Below, piece after piece: positions 10,710 to 22,200 of a DNA stretch of 64,000 bases (the stretch's first letter is position 1; each line of letters starts with the position of its first letter). The notes beneath the pieces are model-generated. The model did no database searches and was not told where the DNA came from. It saw only the letters and a list, made by a program, of their open reading frames with translations. Origin of the DNA: a virus (Duplodnaviria; Caudoviricetes); IMG/VR virus record IMGVR_UViG_3300042885_000751, positions 9,935-73,934 of that record; one strand, 5' to 3'. The translations under genes and the position numbers were made by a program.

Positions 10710-13232
10710 ATGAAAAAGAGAGTAAGAATATATAAAAAAGGAGGTCAGTCAAATGCACCTACTCAAGAACAAATATATAAACATATTGCTGATAGAATGT
10801 CTGCAGAAGATTATGACGGTGATGCTGATACTATTTTACAAGAATTAACACAAGTTGGTATAGATCCTCAGACTGCTGATAGTTACATTACTGAAGTAGG
10901 TGATTATCTTGAACAAAATAATTCTGCTCAATCTGCTGAACAAGAACAACTTAGTGCAGAAGAAGCACAAGCACAGGCTGAAGAAGAACAAGCAACAATT
11001 GAAGCACAAAATGCAGCAGAAGAAGAAGCAAGAAAAGCTCAATTATATGCAATGTATAATACTGATACAGAAGAAACTACTCAAGATGATAATGCAGATG
11101 AAGAAATCATTATGAGACAAGGTGGTTCTAAACCAAGTAAAAGAAGTTTTATTAATCAATATACTAAACTTGCTAAAAGACAACAAGGTGGAAACACACC
11201 TTCTCCAGGAGCAGATGATGTACTTGGTGGTAGAGAAGAACATGTAAGTAATTTCTTTAAAGGTATAGGTGAATCAGTTACTTCAGCACAACAAAAACAA
11301 GCAGCTGAAGAACAATATAATGCTATATACGGTAATCCACAAGTTGGTGCATATGCACAAGATGGTGGTATACAGCAAGAACAAATAGATACCGAAAGCC
11401 CGTTAGATCATTGGAGTAAACAAGGTGCTGCTACAAGACATATATTTTCTGATAATATGTATACTCAAAATGATGTTGCAGCATTAGAACAATATGGAGG
11501 TAATACAGGTCAAGGTCTATATAAATTTATAGGAGGAGGTGATAATGAATCAGCAGATGAACAATATCAAGATTCTGATTTAGATTATCAAAGATATGCT
11601 AAACGTGGCGGAACTTTAAATAAATATCAAGATAAAGGAGAAGTTAAACCTAATCTTTATAATCCTACCACAGGAGTTTTATATACACCTGAGGAACTTG
11701 CTGCTAACAAAACATTAGCAGATAAAGAACTAGCAGATAAAACTGCAACTCCTACAGATACTGAAGATTATAAAAAAAAGTATAATGAATTAATTAATCA
11801 AAATACTACTGATGCTCAAAAACAGCAACAAATGATGCAACAGTATATGATGCAACAGTACATGCAACAAATGGGTAATCAAGGTATGTTTAGATCTCCT
11901 ATTATTAGTAGAGGTGAACAATATAATAAAGCTGTTGGTTCTCCATACTATACTCAATCAGGTGAAAGATATACAGGACCAGATCTTGCCGGTAGATTAC
12001 CATCAAGTGTAAATGTAGATAAATATGGTATATTTGGTAGACCTAAAAAAATGACATATAACTATGGTGATAATGAAAATTCATCTTCTACTGTTCCTCC
12101 ATTAATTAAAATGCCAGAAAATGGAGAGTCAGAAGATGCACCATATAGAGGTAAAACTTTTGGTGAAAGATTAGGTAGAGGAATGGTGAATACAAAAATA
12201 CCAGGAATACAACAACTTGGAGCTAAACTAATACCCTCTAATTTTGATTATGATGGTTCTAATAACCTTACTGAATCTTCAAGAAATAGTCCATTAGTTA
12301 CTAGTAATGAACCTTATTATCCGCCTATGAGCCCAAGAGCTCAAAGAAGAGAAAATAGAGATGATAGACAGTTAAATAGATTTCTTGGTAATAATAATTT
12401 TACAAATTCAAATCCTGAATCTGAATTTATTAATACACCAGAAAATCAAAAACAAATTGATCAAGCAAAAAAAATTGAAGCATTAGCAGCTGGTAGTACA
12501 AATTCTAATTTATCAGATGATCAAAATGCATATCAAGATTTTTTAATTAGACATCAAGGACCAGCATATAAAGAATATGGTGGACCAATTGATTATACTC
12601 AATATGCTTATGGAGGAGATATATCTGTACCAGAATTATATAGAGCTCAAGTAGGTACTCAAGTAGCAGTTGATCCTAATGCTAATAATATGAGTTTTGC
12701 AAATCTTCAAGGATTTTTTGCTGGAACAGGTGCTGTAGATGCAGAGGGTAATACAGTTGATGCAACACTTCCTGAAAGTATGCAAGTTGATAATATTACA
12801 ATTGATCCTAATCAACCAAATAGAGCACCAATAACTGATACTCCAGAAGGTGTTTCTCAAAAGTTTAGAAATAAACAAGCTTGGGATATTGATAAAGCAG
12901 GAATTGGAGATTTAAGTTTATTAGCAGCTAATGCTTTTGCAAATACTGCTGATGAAGTTAGAGCTAATAGACAAGAGAATCAAATGTTAGAAAATATAAC
13001 ATCTGCTGAAACTAATTTTGGTATTAATAATACTTATGATCAAGGAGACTATGATCCTAACTCAGGTTTATTTAGGCCAAATAAAATGGGATTCAATGGT
13101 GTTTCAAAATATGGTGGAGGAGTTTATGCTATGGGTGGAAACACTGAAGATGAAAATGAAGATACTCAATACATGACTCAAGAAGAAATAGATGACTTCA
13201 TTGCTAATGGAGGTGAATTAGAATACTTATAA
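10710..13232 (+). CDS. Virion cargo/ejection protein, Q/E-rich
   Basis: 840 aa, no Cys, many xxxGG motifs, likely largely disordered. Confidence 0.55.
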   Translation: MKKRVRIYKKGGQSNAPTQEQIYKHIADRMSAEDYDGDADTILQELTQVGIDPQTADSYITEVGDYLEQNNSAQSAEQEQLSAEEAQAQAEEEQATIEAQNAAEEEARKAQLYAMYNTDTEETTQDDNADEEIIMRQGGSKPSKRSFINQYTKLAKRQQGGNTPSPGADDVLGGREEHVSNFFKGIGESVTSAQQKQAAEEQYNAIYGNPQVGAYAQDGGIQQEQIDTESPLDHWSKQGAATRHIFSDNMYTQNDVAALEQYGGNTGQGLYKFIGGGDNESADEQYQDSDLDYQRYAKRGGTLNKYQDKGEVKPNLYNPTTGVLYTPEELAANKTLADKELADKTATPTDTEDYKKKYNELINQNTTDAQKQQQMMQQYMMQQYMQQMGNQGMFRSPIISRGEQYNKAVGSPYYTQSGERYTGPDLAGRLPSSVNVDKYGIFGRPKKMTYNYGDNENSSSTVPPLIKMPENGESEDAPYRGKTFGERLGRGMVNTKIPGIQQLGAKLIPSNFDYDGSNNLTESSRNSPLVTSNEPYYPPMSPRAQRRENRDDRQLNRFLGNNNFTNSNPESEFINTPENQKQIDQAKKIEALAAGSTNSNLSDDQNAYQDFLIRHQGPAYKEYGGPIDYTQYAYGGDISVPELYRAQVGTQVAVDPNANNMSFANLQGFFAGTGAVDAEGNTVDATLPESMQVDNITIDPNQPNRAPITDTPEGVSQKFRNKQAWDIDKAGIGDLSLLAANAFANTADEVRANRQENQMLENITSAETNFGINNTYDQGDYDPNSGLFRPNKMGFNGVSKYGGGVYAMGGNTEDENEDTQYMTQEEIDDFIANGGELEYL

Positions 13233-13241
13233 TTTTATATT

Positions 13242-16214
13242 ATGTACTTTAAAGTAAAAATAACTAAGGGATTACCACAAGCAAAATCAGGAGGTTTTAC
13301 AGGTAACAATTTAAATAAACAAGTAATTAGTTTTGGTGGTGCTGATATGAATGCTGCATCAAGACATCTTGAAAATACTAGGTATCTAAAACAAGTACCA
13401 AGAGATGAAGCTAATCTAGAAGCTGAAAAAGGTGAGTCTGCATTTGGTGATATCAATGGAGATGGGTTTCCTGAACATATGCTTATTGGTGGAAAAAGAC
13501 ATAGTAATGGGGGAACTCCTTTAAATTTGCCTGATGGTACATTTATCTTTAGTGATACTGCATCTATGAAAATTAAAGATCCAAAAATACTTGCTAAATT
13601 TGGTAAAAAAACTGGTTCTTTTACTCCTGCTGAATTAGCTAAACCATATGATATTAATAAGTATAGAAAGATACTAGAAGATCCTAACTCAGATAAAGTA
13701 GATAAAAAGTCTGCTGAGTTAATGATTAAAAATATTAATATGAAACTTGGTGCATTAGCTCTTGCACAAGAAAGTAAAAAAGGATTCCCACAAGGTATAC
13801 CTGAAGTAGCTAAACCATATATGGAAGCAATGGGTATAAAAGAAGAAGACTTGATGCCACAAAAACCACAAGCAGAAGCACAGGTTAATAGTCAAGCAAT
13901 GCAAAACCCATATGAAAATCAAGGTATGGGTATGCAATCTCCTGAAGAAGAATCTGTAGAACAAGTTCAAGGTATGCAAAATTCTCAAGAAGAGTCTATG
14001 GAATCTCCAATGGGAAGATATGGCTTTCAAATGGGTAGAAGATTGAGAGTTGCTCAAGAAGGAATGCAACAAGGTCAACCTTCTCCTGAAGAAATGGCAA
14101 TGATGCAACAACAAGGAGCACCACAACAACAAGGTGGGGCTGATCCTCTTGCACAAATGGTACAACAAGTTCAACAAATGTTACAACAAGGTGTACAACC
14201 TGCAGATGTAGTAATGCAATTGTTACAAAAACAAGTTCCACCTCAAGCAATAATGCAAATACTTGTACAAGTAGGTATGCCTCAAGAAGAAGCACAGGCT
14301 ACTATTCAACAAGTAATGGAACAAGGACAACAAAATCCTCAAGAGGAAATGATGGAAGCTCCTATGGCTCAATATGGAATGAGTATGGGTGGTTATGACA
14401 TGCCGTTTCATGATACACAATATAGAAATGGTGGTTCAATAAATAGATTTCAAGGAGGTGGTTCAACATATAGTATTCCAAAAGATGCACTTGTAATTGA
14501 TAGAAGTAAATATAAAACTGATGCAGAATATGAAATAGGAAGAAATTTAGAATTTGCTAAAGCAGGTACTAAACCAGTTTATATATTATATCCAGATGGA
14601 AAATATAAAAAAGTAACACAAAAAACTAAAGCAAAAGATCCATATACAGGTACTGATTTAGGACCTACTTTTAATAACTCAGCTGATGCAGCAATACAGT
14701 TTAGAGAAATGGGTAAATCCATTAATACTCCTGAATTTACAAATTTACTTGCAGATTATACCCTTAAAGCTATTAAGGATGAGTCCAAATATATAGGTAA
14801 ATCTGGTAAACGTAGTAAAGCATTTGATGATTTTAGTAAAGAAAACTTTACTCCTGAGCAAATTAGAAATGCTTTTATGCAACATCAAAAAAGAAATATT
14901 GCATTACAAGCAAATGGTATACAAGCAAGATATTTTGAAGATGCACCAACTGGTAGATTATTAACTCCTGAACAAATTGTTTCTAAAAAAATAATGGATA
15001 AAGGTAAACCAGTAACATTAGCTCAAGCAAAAGAAGTTGTTAAAAAATATAAAGAAAATGACATTACTGATTTAAATAAAGCATTTATTAAAGTTGGGAT
15101 CCCATTGGAAAATACAGCATTAGAACAAGCTACTTTTCAAGGATTTACTGATGCATTAAAAAATAAAGCAAATTTAACACCTGAACAACAAAAAACATTA
15201 GAAAACTGGGGAGAATATGAATCAGGAGCAGCAGATGAAACCGGTCAATTAAATAATCAAATATCTCCTATTGATAGAGTATATACTAATACTACAGGTG
15301 AACAGTTATCTGAATATAATTTACCAACTGAATATGATTATACTGAAGATGATGTAGAACCAATAGACCGTACTGTTGATACAACAGAAGAAGAAACAAT
15401 ATATCCTCCAACAATGCCAGCTAAACCATGGGCACAAGATAAATTAAATAGACTTAATGCTGGATTAGATTATTTTAGTGCTGAAAAATATTTACCATGG
15501 GCAGCTAGTTATAATCCTGAAATGTTAGATCCTACTTTCTATGATCCTACTAGAGAATTAGCAGCACAATCTGAACAAGCAAATATAACTAATCAAGCAT
15601 TAGGACAATTTATGGGGGCACAAGATTTATCTTCTAGAGCAGCATCTATTCAAGGTCAAGGAGCTAAACAAGCAGCAGATACATTAGGAAGATATAATAA
15701 TCTTAATGTAGGTGTAGCAAATCAATTTGCTGGTAATAATGCACAAATAAGAAATGAAGCTCAAAGATATAATCAAGCACAAAATAAACAGTTATATGAT
15801 CAAAATGTAATTGCTAATCAACAATTTGATAATAGTAAACGTGCACTAAGACATAACTTAGGAGATGCAGAAAATACATTACTTACTAATATGTATAAAA
15901 CTGATGCATTAAATCAACAGTTTCCACAATATGCAATTGATCCTAGTACAGGTGGTAAAATGTATTTTACAAGACCAAAAGCTCCAAAACCTACTACATA
16001 TCAAGATGATTTAGATTATGCTGATAAAATACAAAATTCAAATTTAGATCCTAAATTAAAAGAAATATTATTAACTCAGCATTTAAAAAGTTCACGTGGT
16101 AATGTTGCTAACACAGATGCAGAATCAGTACTTGCACAATATCAAAAGAAAGGTGGTACTACTCAAATGGCATATGTAATGGGGTCTAATGTTTTTCCTT
16201 TTATGTTTACATAA
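13242..16214 (+). CDS. Virion cargo protein (crAss cargo C1-like)
   Basis: ANLEAEKGE...GKRHSNGG...FIFSD N-terminal domain, Q/M-rich linker, C-terminal N/Q-rich helical region; no Cys. Confidence 0.6.
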   Translation: MYFKVKITKGLPQAKSGGFTGNNLNKQVISFGGADMNAASRHLENTRYLKQVPRDEANLEAEKGESAFGDINGDGFPEHMLIGGKRHSNGGTPLNLPDGTFIFSDTASMKIKDPKILAKFGKKTGSFTPAELAKPYDINKYRKILEDPNSDKVDKKSAELMIKNINMKLGALALAQESKKGFPQGIPEVAKPYMEAMGIKEEDLMPQKPQAEAQVNSQAMQNPYENQGMGMQSPEEESVEQVQGMQNSQEESMESPMGRYGFQMGRRLRVAQEGMQQGQPSPEEMAMMQQQGAPQQQGGADPLAQMVQQVQQMLQQGVQPADVVMQLLQKQVPPQAIMQILVQVGMPQEEAQATIQQVMEQGQQNPQEEMMEAPMAQYGMSMGGYDMPFHDTQYRNGGSINRFQGGGSTYSIPKDALVIDRSKYKTDAEYEIGRNLEFAKAGTKPVYILYPDGKYKKVTQKTKAKDPYTGTDLGPTFNNSADAAIQFREMGKSINTPEFTNLLADYTLKAIKDESKYIGKSGKRSKAFDDFSKENFTPEQIRNAFMQHQKRNIALQANGIQARYFEDAPTGRLLTPEQIVSKKIMDKGKPVTLAQAKEVVKKYKENDITDLNKAFIKVGIPLENTALEQATFQGFTDALKNKANLTPEQQKTLENWGEYESGAADETGQLNNQISPIDRVYTNTTGEQLSEYNLPTEYDYTEDDVEPIDRTVDTTEEETIYPPTMPAKPWAQDKLNRLNAGLDYFSAEKYLPWAASYNPEMLDPTFYDPTRELAAQSEQANITNQALGQFMGAQDLSSRAASIQGQGAKQAADTLGRYNNLNVGVANQFAGNNAQIRNEAQRYNQAQNKQLYDQNVIANQQFDNSKRALRHNLGDAENTLLTNMYKTDALNQQFPQYAIDPSTGGKMYFTRPKAPKPTTYQDDLDYADKIQNSNLDPKLKEILLTQHLKSSRGNVANTDAESVLAQYQKKGGTTQMAYVMGSNVFPFMFT

Positions 16215-16279
16215 ACTTTATAGGTTTAGTAAACTTATAAAATTTTAATATATTTACAATATAGATTAATACTAATAAT

Positions 16280-19267
16280 ATGAGTACTTACATAAGTGGT
16301 GTCACTGATTTTATTCCTCAATTTCAACCTTTTCAACCTGATTTAAACTTTTATGCAAATGCATTGCAAACAAAGCAGAATCAGTATGATACAAACTATA
16401 AAGCATTAAATAATGTTTATGGTCAATATTTCTATGCAGATTTAACTCATGGGGATAATCTTAAAAAGAAAGATGAATTACTTAAAGCAATTGACTTTAA
16501 TTTAAAACGTGTCTCTGGTTTAGATTTATCATTAGAGCAAAATGTTGATCAAGCTACTCAAGTATTTAAACCATTTTATCAAGATAAATATCTTATGAGA
16601 GATATGGCTTGGACTAAAAATAAAAATAGTGAGAGAGAATATGGCCTTGGTTTAAAGAATAATAGAGATGAAAAACAAGGAAAGAAATATTGGGAAGAAG
16701 GTATAAGATTTTTAGATTATAAAACTGAAGAGTTTAAAAATGGATCACTTGAAGATACAATGAATATGGGAAATGCAACATATACTCCTTATGTCAATGT
16801 AATTGAAAAAGCTCAAAAAATTGCTAAAGATCAAGGTTTTCATGTTGAAAGTGTAGATACTAGTCCAGATGGTAAATGGATGATTACTACTACAAACGGT
16901 AAACAAATATTACCTCAATTAAAATATTTACTTGAAGCACAACTTGGATCTGATCCTGGTGTTATTGATGTATATAGAACTCAAGCATATGTAAATAGAA
17001 AAGATTATGCATATTCTAATGCAGCTCAATTTAATGGGGATAAGAATGCTGCTGAAATGAAATATCTTTCAGATAATTATACTATACTTAAGGCAGAAAA
17101 TGATGCAAGAAAAAAACAACTAGAAAAAAATAGCCAAGTATATGATAATAAAGCAAAACAAGTTACTCAAGCTATAGAAAGTGGATCATCTACCCCAGAT
17201 ACAGAATCATATCTTGAAAGAATAAGTCATGCAACTGCTGTTAATTCAGCTGTACTTGCAACTACTGATGCTACTGTGTCAGCTTTATCAACTAGTACTG
17301 GAACATTAACTACATCTACAGGATTCACAAATCCATATGGAGATATTGAATCTTTAAGAAATAAAATTGATAATGGAATGGCATCTAAATTGATGCAAAA
17401 AGATTTAAGTGAAGCAGCAGATATCTTTGTATCATTAAACGCTAAACAAAAAGTAGATGCAAATCCATTTGCTATTCAAGAAATAGCTCATAACTATAGA
17501 ATGCAAGAAACTGCATTAAGAAATCAAGGTACAATGCAAGCAGCATTGTTAAGAAATCAATCAGATAGAGAAATTGCTAATGATAAAGTTCTTTATGATA
17601 CTGGAGCTTATGTACCAGATCAAGAAAAATATGTAATGGGTCCTAATGGTGAACAAATGTTAAATCCAAATTTTAACAGACCTGTACTTATGGAAGGAGC
17701 AGATGAAATTTCTGTTGAAAAAGTTGGTTCTGGATCAACTGGAATAGTTAATGTTCAAGATGTTGTAAATAATCAATCAACTAAAGCTGCAAAAGATATA
17801 GTTGAACCATATATGAATAACATGTTTGCATCAATGTCAGAATTATGGGATAAAAATTTATTATCAGCTGAAGATAGAGATATGATTCTTGGTAAAGGAA
17901 GTAGTATTGTAGAATTTAATAAAAAATATCAAGAAAATCCTGCTGCATATATTAAAAGTATGGGAGCTCAAAAACTTAAATCAATTTCAGCTGCTTTTCA
18001 AAAATATTTAACAGATAATAATAATGTTGGTATTAATGATATTGATATAACAATAGATAAAATGTCAAAACTTAATACTAATGTAAATGATTATGTAAGA
18101 TATAAAGAAGATGTTACAGATTGGAAATTAAAAAGTGTTCCTCTTGTTAAAGAGCATGTAGCTAAAAATAATCCTGCTCTTAAAGACTATTTAAAAGATA
18201 TATTTGATAAAAATGGTAATTTAATTAGTGAAAATGCATTTAATAAAAAATATAATTTAGCATCTGCAAATAAAGAAGCTCTAAAAGGATATATACAATA
18301 TCAAACAACAAATCCTAAATCAAGTGGAATCATAACACAAAGTACAATAGATAGAGTTCAAGGATTTGATATATATAATAAAATTAAAGAAGCTGTTCAT
18401 GAAGCATATGGTTCTTCACAAGTAAATTCAAAAGTTCCATCAGGATTTAATCCATTAGGTGCTAATATTAAAGGAGCAGGATTAAGTGTTGAAAGAAATA
18501 TAATGAATGTACATGGTGGTGCTTATTTAACTACAAATGCTCAATATTGGAATCAAACTAAAAAAGATATAAGCAGTATGGATTTTGGTGATAGCAAATC
18601 AGTACAAACTTCATTTAGTGGACCAGTTTTAGGTGTTAATGGAACTAAAAATCAAACAGCTAAAGCATTACTTGATGCTTATATTGCACATGTTAATAAA
18701 AAAGAAAATAAAGCAACAGGGTTTAAAGTTGGTTCACAAATGATTGCAGCTGGAGATTACACAAAAGGTGCAATGATATTTTATCCAGATAAAGCATTTT
18801 TAAAAGAATATACAGGTGCAAAAGTAAAAAATGAAAATGATGAATGGGTTATGTCAAATTTAATAACTCCACAAGAAGAACAAGAAATTTTAAAAAATGG
18901 TATATCAGTTATATCTAATGTAAATAATTTTCAAAATGGACTTATGAAATCTTCTTATATGAGCCCTTTACAAGCGTCAATTGCATATAATAAAGAAAAA
19001 GGAGTTACTATAGTAGATGCAAAAGATAAAACAGGTTATAATACTTTGAATATTAGAGTTGATGAATTTAATACTGGAGATTATATATATACTCAAACTT
19101 ATTCAGTATATGATCCTAATACTAAAAGTTTAATAAAATCAAAACCATATACTGTTTCATCTGTTAATACTGGAAACAATGTTGATGCCGTAAGAGATAA
19201 TATGATGGTAAAATGGGATATGCAAAGAATTCAAAATAATGAATTATTTAATAATGTAAGTAGATAA
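16280..19267 (+). CDS. Large virion/ejection protein
   Basis: 995 aa, no Cys, located between cargo genes and RNAP-associated giants. Confidence 0.55.
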   Translation: MSTYISGVTDFIPQFQPFQPDLNFYANALQTKQNQYDTNYKALNNVYGQYFYADLTHGDNLKKKDELLKAIDFNLKRVSGLDLSLEQNVDQATQVFKPFYQDKYLMRDMAWTKNKNSEREYGLGLKNNRDEKQGKKYWEEGIRFLDYKTEEFKNGSLEDTMNMGNATYTPYVNVIEKAQKIAKDQGFHVESVDTSPDGKWMITTTNGKQILPQLKYLLEAQLGSDPGVIDVYRTQAYVNRKDYAYSNAAQFNGDKNAAEMKYLSDNYTILKAENDARKKQLEKNSQVYDNKAKQVTQAIESGSSTPDTESYLERISHATAVNSAVLATTDATVSALSTSTGTLTTSTGFTNPYGDIESLRNKIDNGMASKLMQKDLSEAADIFVSLNAKQKVDANPFAIQEIAHNYRMQETALRNQGTMQAALLRNQSDREIANDKVLYDTGAYVPDQEKYVMGPNGEQMLNPNFNRPVLMEGADEISVEKVGSGSTGIVNVQDVVNNQSTKAAKDIVEPYMNNMFASMSELWDKNLLSAEDRDMILGKGSSIVEFNKKYQENPAAYIKSMGAQKLKSISAAFQKYLTDNNNVGINDIDITIDKMSKLNTNVNDYVRYKEDVTDWKLKSVPLVKEHVAKNNPALKDYLKDIFDKNGNLISENAFNKKYNLASANKEALKGYIQYQTTNPKSSGIITQSTIDRVQGFDIYNKIKEAVHEAYGSSQVNSKVPSGFNPLGANIKGAGLSVERNIMNVHGGAYLTTNAQYWNQTKKDISSMDFGDSKSVQTSFSGPVLGVNGTKNQTAKALLDAYIAHVNKKENKATGFKVGSQMIAAGDYTKGAMIFYPDKAFLKEYTGAKVKNENDEWVMSNLITPQEEQEILKNGISVISNVNNFQNGLMKSSYMSPLQASIAYNKEKGVTIVDAKDKTGYNTLNIRVDEFNTGDYIYTQTYSVYDPNTKSLIKSKPYTVSSVNTGNNVDAVRDNMMVKWDMQRIQNNELFNNVSR

Positions 19268-22200
19268 TGGAAAATACTTTTAGCCCTTTAGATCCACTTG
19301 GACCAGAATTTGGTAAAGTTCAAGGACCTGCAATTAATGCACAAAGTTTATCTCCATTTGAAGGTGATGTATTAAAAGAAAATAAAATTGATTTTTTTCC
19401 TATTGCACATGATTTTAGTATTGCTGCACATCCTAAATATCCTGTACAAGATGTTGTAACTGGGCGTAGTCCAAATAGACCAGGTTATCAAAATCCAAAT
19501 AAAAATCTTACAGCACAACAACGTGCAGATGCATGGGCAGCTGATAGTGAGATGATGATCAGATCACATAATGATAAAAATACATATGCAAAAATGAATA
19601 TGTATAATGCTGGTCCATCTGGTAATTCATTTTATAAAAGATATGCAGCTTTTGGTGAGAAAAAATTTAATGAATTAGGTTTTTCTCCAATGAGAGATAA
19701 TGAAGCAATATATAATGCTAATACAACTTGGGGAGAAAGAGCATCAAGAATGATGAAAAATTCATTTTTACCTTTACTAGGTAGAGGATTTGTATCTGGT
19801 CCAAAGAGTTTATTTAAAATGATGCAAGGTGATTTTAGTTCTGATCTTGAAGATGCAAGAGCATATGAAGAAGCTGCAGCTATAGGTCAAGATACATCAG
19901 GAGGTTTTGGAGCATTCTTTACTAATACTTCAATGAGTTTTGCATATACTGCGGGTATTATTGGTGAAGCAATTGTTGAAGAAGTTGCAGGTGCTTTACT
20001 TGCTCCTGTTACTTTTGGTGGTTCTTTTTTTGCTGCTACTGCTAACAATTTAAGAAAAGTTGGTAAACTTGGTGATGCTGTTGATTTAGCTGTTGATGGA
20101 TATAGAGCTGTTAATACTACACTTAAAGAAGCAAATAGTATCAATGGTGCTAGAAAAATGTGGAAAGGAGCAGAAACTTTTGGCAATAATAAACTTGTTA
20201 AATTTTTAAATCCACTTGAAAATACATATAGTGCAGTTATGGGCATTGGTAAAAATGCAGATAACTTAACAGGTCTTGCAAGATTATCACGTGAAACTAG
20301 TAAAACAGCAGGTGGTTTATTCAGAGATGTAAGAAATATTAATATGGCATTATCAGAAGCCCGTCTAGAAGGTGGTATGAATGATAATAAAGTATATGAT
20401 GAATTATATGATGAATACTACAGAAAGAATGAAAGAGCTCCAAGTGATGAAGAGCAATATGAAATGACTAAAACTGCAAAAGCATCTGGTATAAATACAT
20501 TGATGTGGAATACTGCATTAATATTTGCATCAAATAAAATTGTACTTCCTAACTTAATGAAATCCGGTGCAGGTAAAAATGCAATTGGTAATAAGTTAGA
20601 TGATGTATTAACCATGAAAGATGGTAAAGTTGTACTTGAAAAAAAATTTGATGCAGGTAAAAAAATTGCAAAAGGTGAATTTACATATGTTGCTAATTCA
20701 TTTAAAAACTCACTTAAAGGATTTAAAGCTGCTCCAATTAGAACTACTGCTAAAGTAGCTGGAACATATCTAAAAGGTAATTTACTTGAAGGTGTTCAAG
20801 AAAACTTACAAGATGTTATATCAGTAGCTAATGAAGAATACTATATTAATTCATATAAGAATAAAGAATTAGGTGCTCACTTATATAATAAATCACAAAG
20901 TTCATTAATGCTAGATGGATTAAAAAATCAATTCTCATCACAGGGATTTGAAACATTTGCTTCAGGTGCATTAATGGGTTTATTTTCTGGTGGATTAAAC
21001 TTAATTAAAGGAGGTTTAGATGCAGGTTATAATAATATATTTAATAAAGAAGAATATAATACATATAAAGCAGAAAGAAAAACACATGGTGAAAATGTAG
21101 CAAAACAATTAACTGCATTGTATAATGACCCTAATGAATTCTTTGACCCAAAGTTATTTAATTATGGTAATCAAAATAATGTTGTAGCAAATACAGAAGA
21201 TGCAGATACTAAAGATAAAAAAGATGATTTGCGTGATGCATTCATGAGTCAAGTATGGACATCATTAAGTTCTAATACACTTAATTATTTTAAAGATCAT
21301 ATCTCTTCATTTAAAGATGTAACACCAGAAGAGTTTGAAGATGCATTTGGATTTGAAAAAGGTACTGGTATTGAAAGACAAGGTAAAATTGATACTATTA
21401 TATCTAAGATAGATGATGTTAAAAAAACATATGATTATGCAAGTGATAGATTTCCTAATCCAATTGACTTAAGTAAATATGATAAAGCTTTACCTGAATA
21501 TAGAGAAGCAGCATTACTTAGTAGAGCTTGGAATGAAGGGGTAAGGCAATATGTTTTTTCAAACCATAAATATATGGACAATGTTGATAGAATGGTAAGT
21601 ATTTCTGGTACCATTCTAGATAATCCATCTATGAAAAAGATGTCTCAAACAGACATGCAAATGATACTTCAACCTTCAAAAATAAATGATGAAGTACAAT
21701 TACTTAAATCAGAAATAGAAGGGCTTAGTCAATTAACTGATTCTAAGTCTAAAGCAGAATTATTAAAAAAACAAAATAAAGTAACAGCTTTAGAAGAATA
21801 TGCATCTGCACATAATATGCATGAAGCATACTATAACAGTTCTACAAGAGATCAGTTTATTAATGATTTATTTGAAGAAGTAAAAAAACAACAAGGTGTT
21901 GCAGAATTAACAGAAGATGATAAAAAACAAATACTTGAGATTCAAGAAAATGCAGTTGATAATGATTTAGAATTAGCATATAAAAACTTTTTAAAAGTTG
22001 CAAATGGCATTGATTCATCTTATATATTTGATACTGATGTTGATGAAAGTTTTAGTAAGCTTAAAGATCATTATAAAATAGATGAAGAAACAAAAGATCT
22101 TGTTAAACAAATTAATTTAATGCATGACCCAAAGTTTTTTATGGGTCAAGTTAATAAATCTAAAGTTTGGATGACTAATATGTACAATAATAGAAAAGAC

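Noticed and set aside
14060-14345. CAA-rich tract as a CRISPR array or DGR template repeat
   Set aside because: It is in-frame poly-Gln coding sequence with no repeat-spacer periodicity and no similarity to the variable repeat
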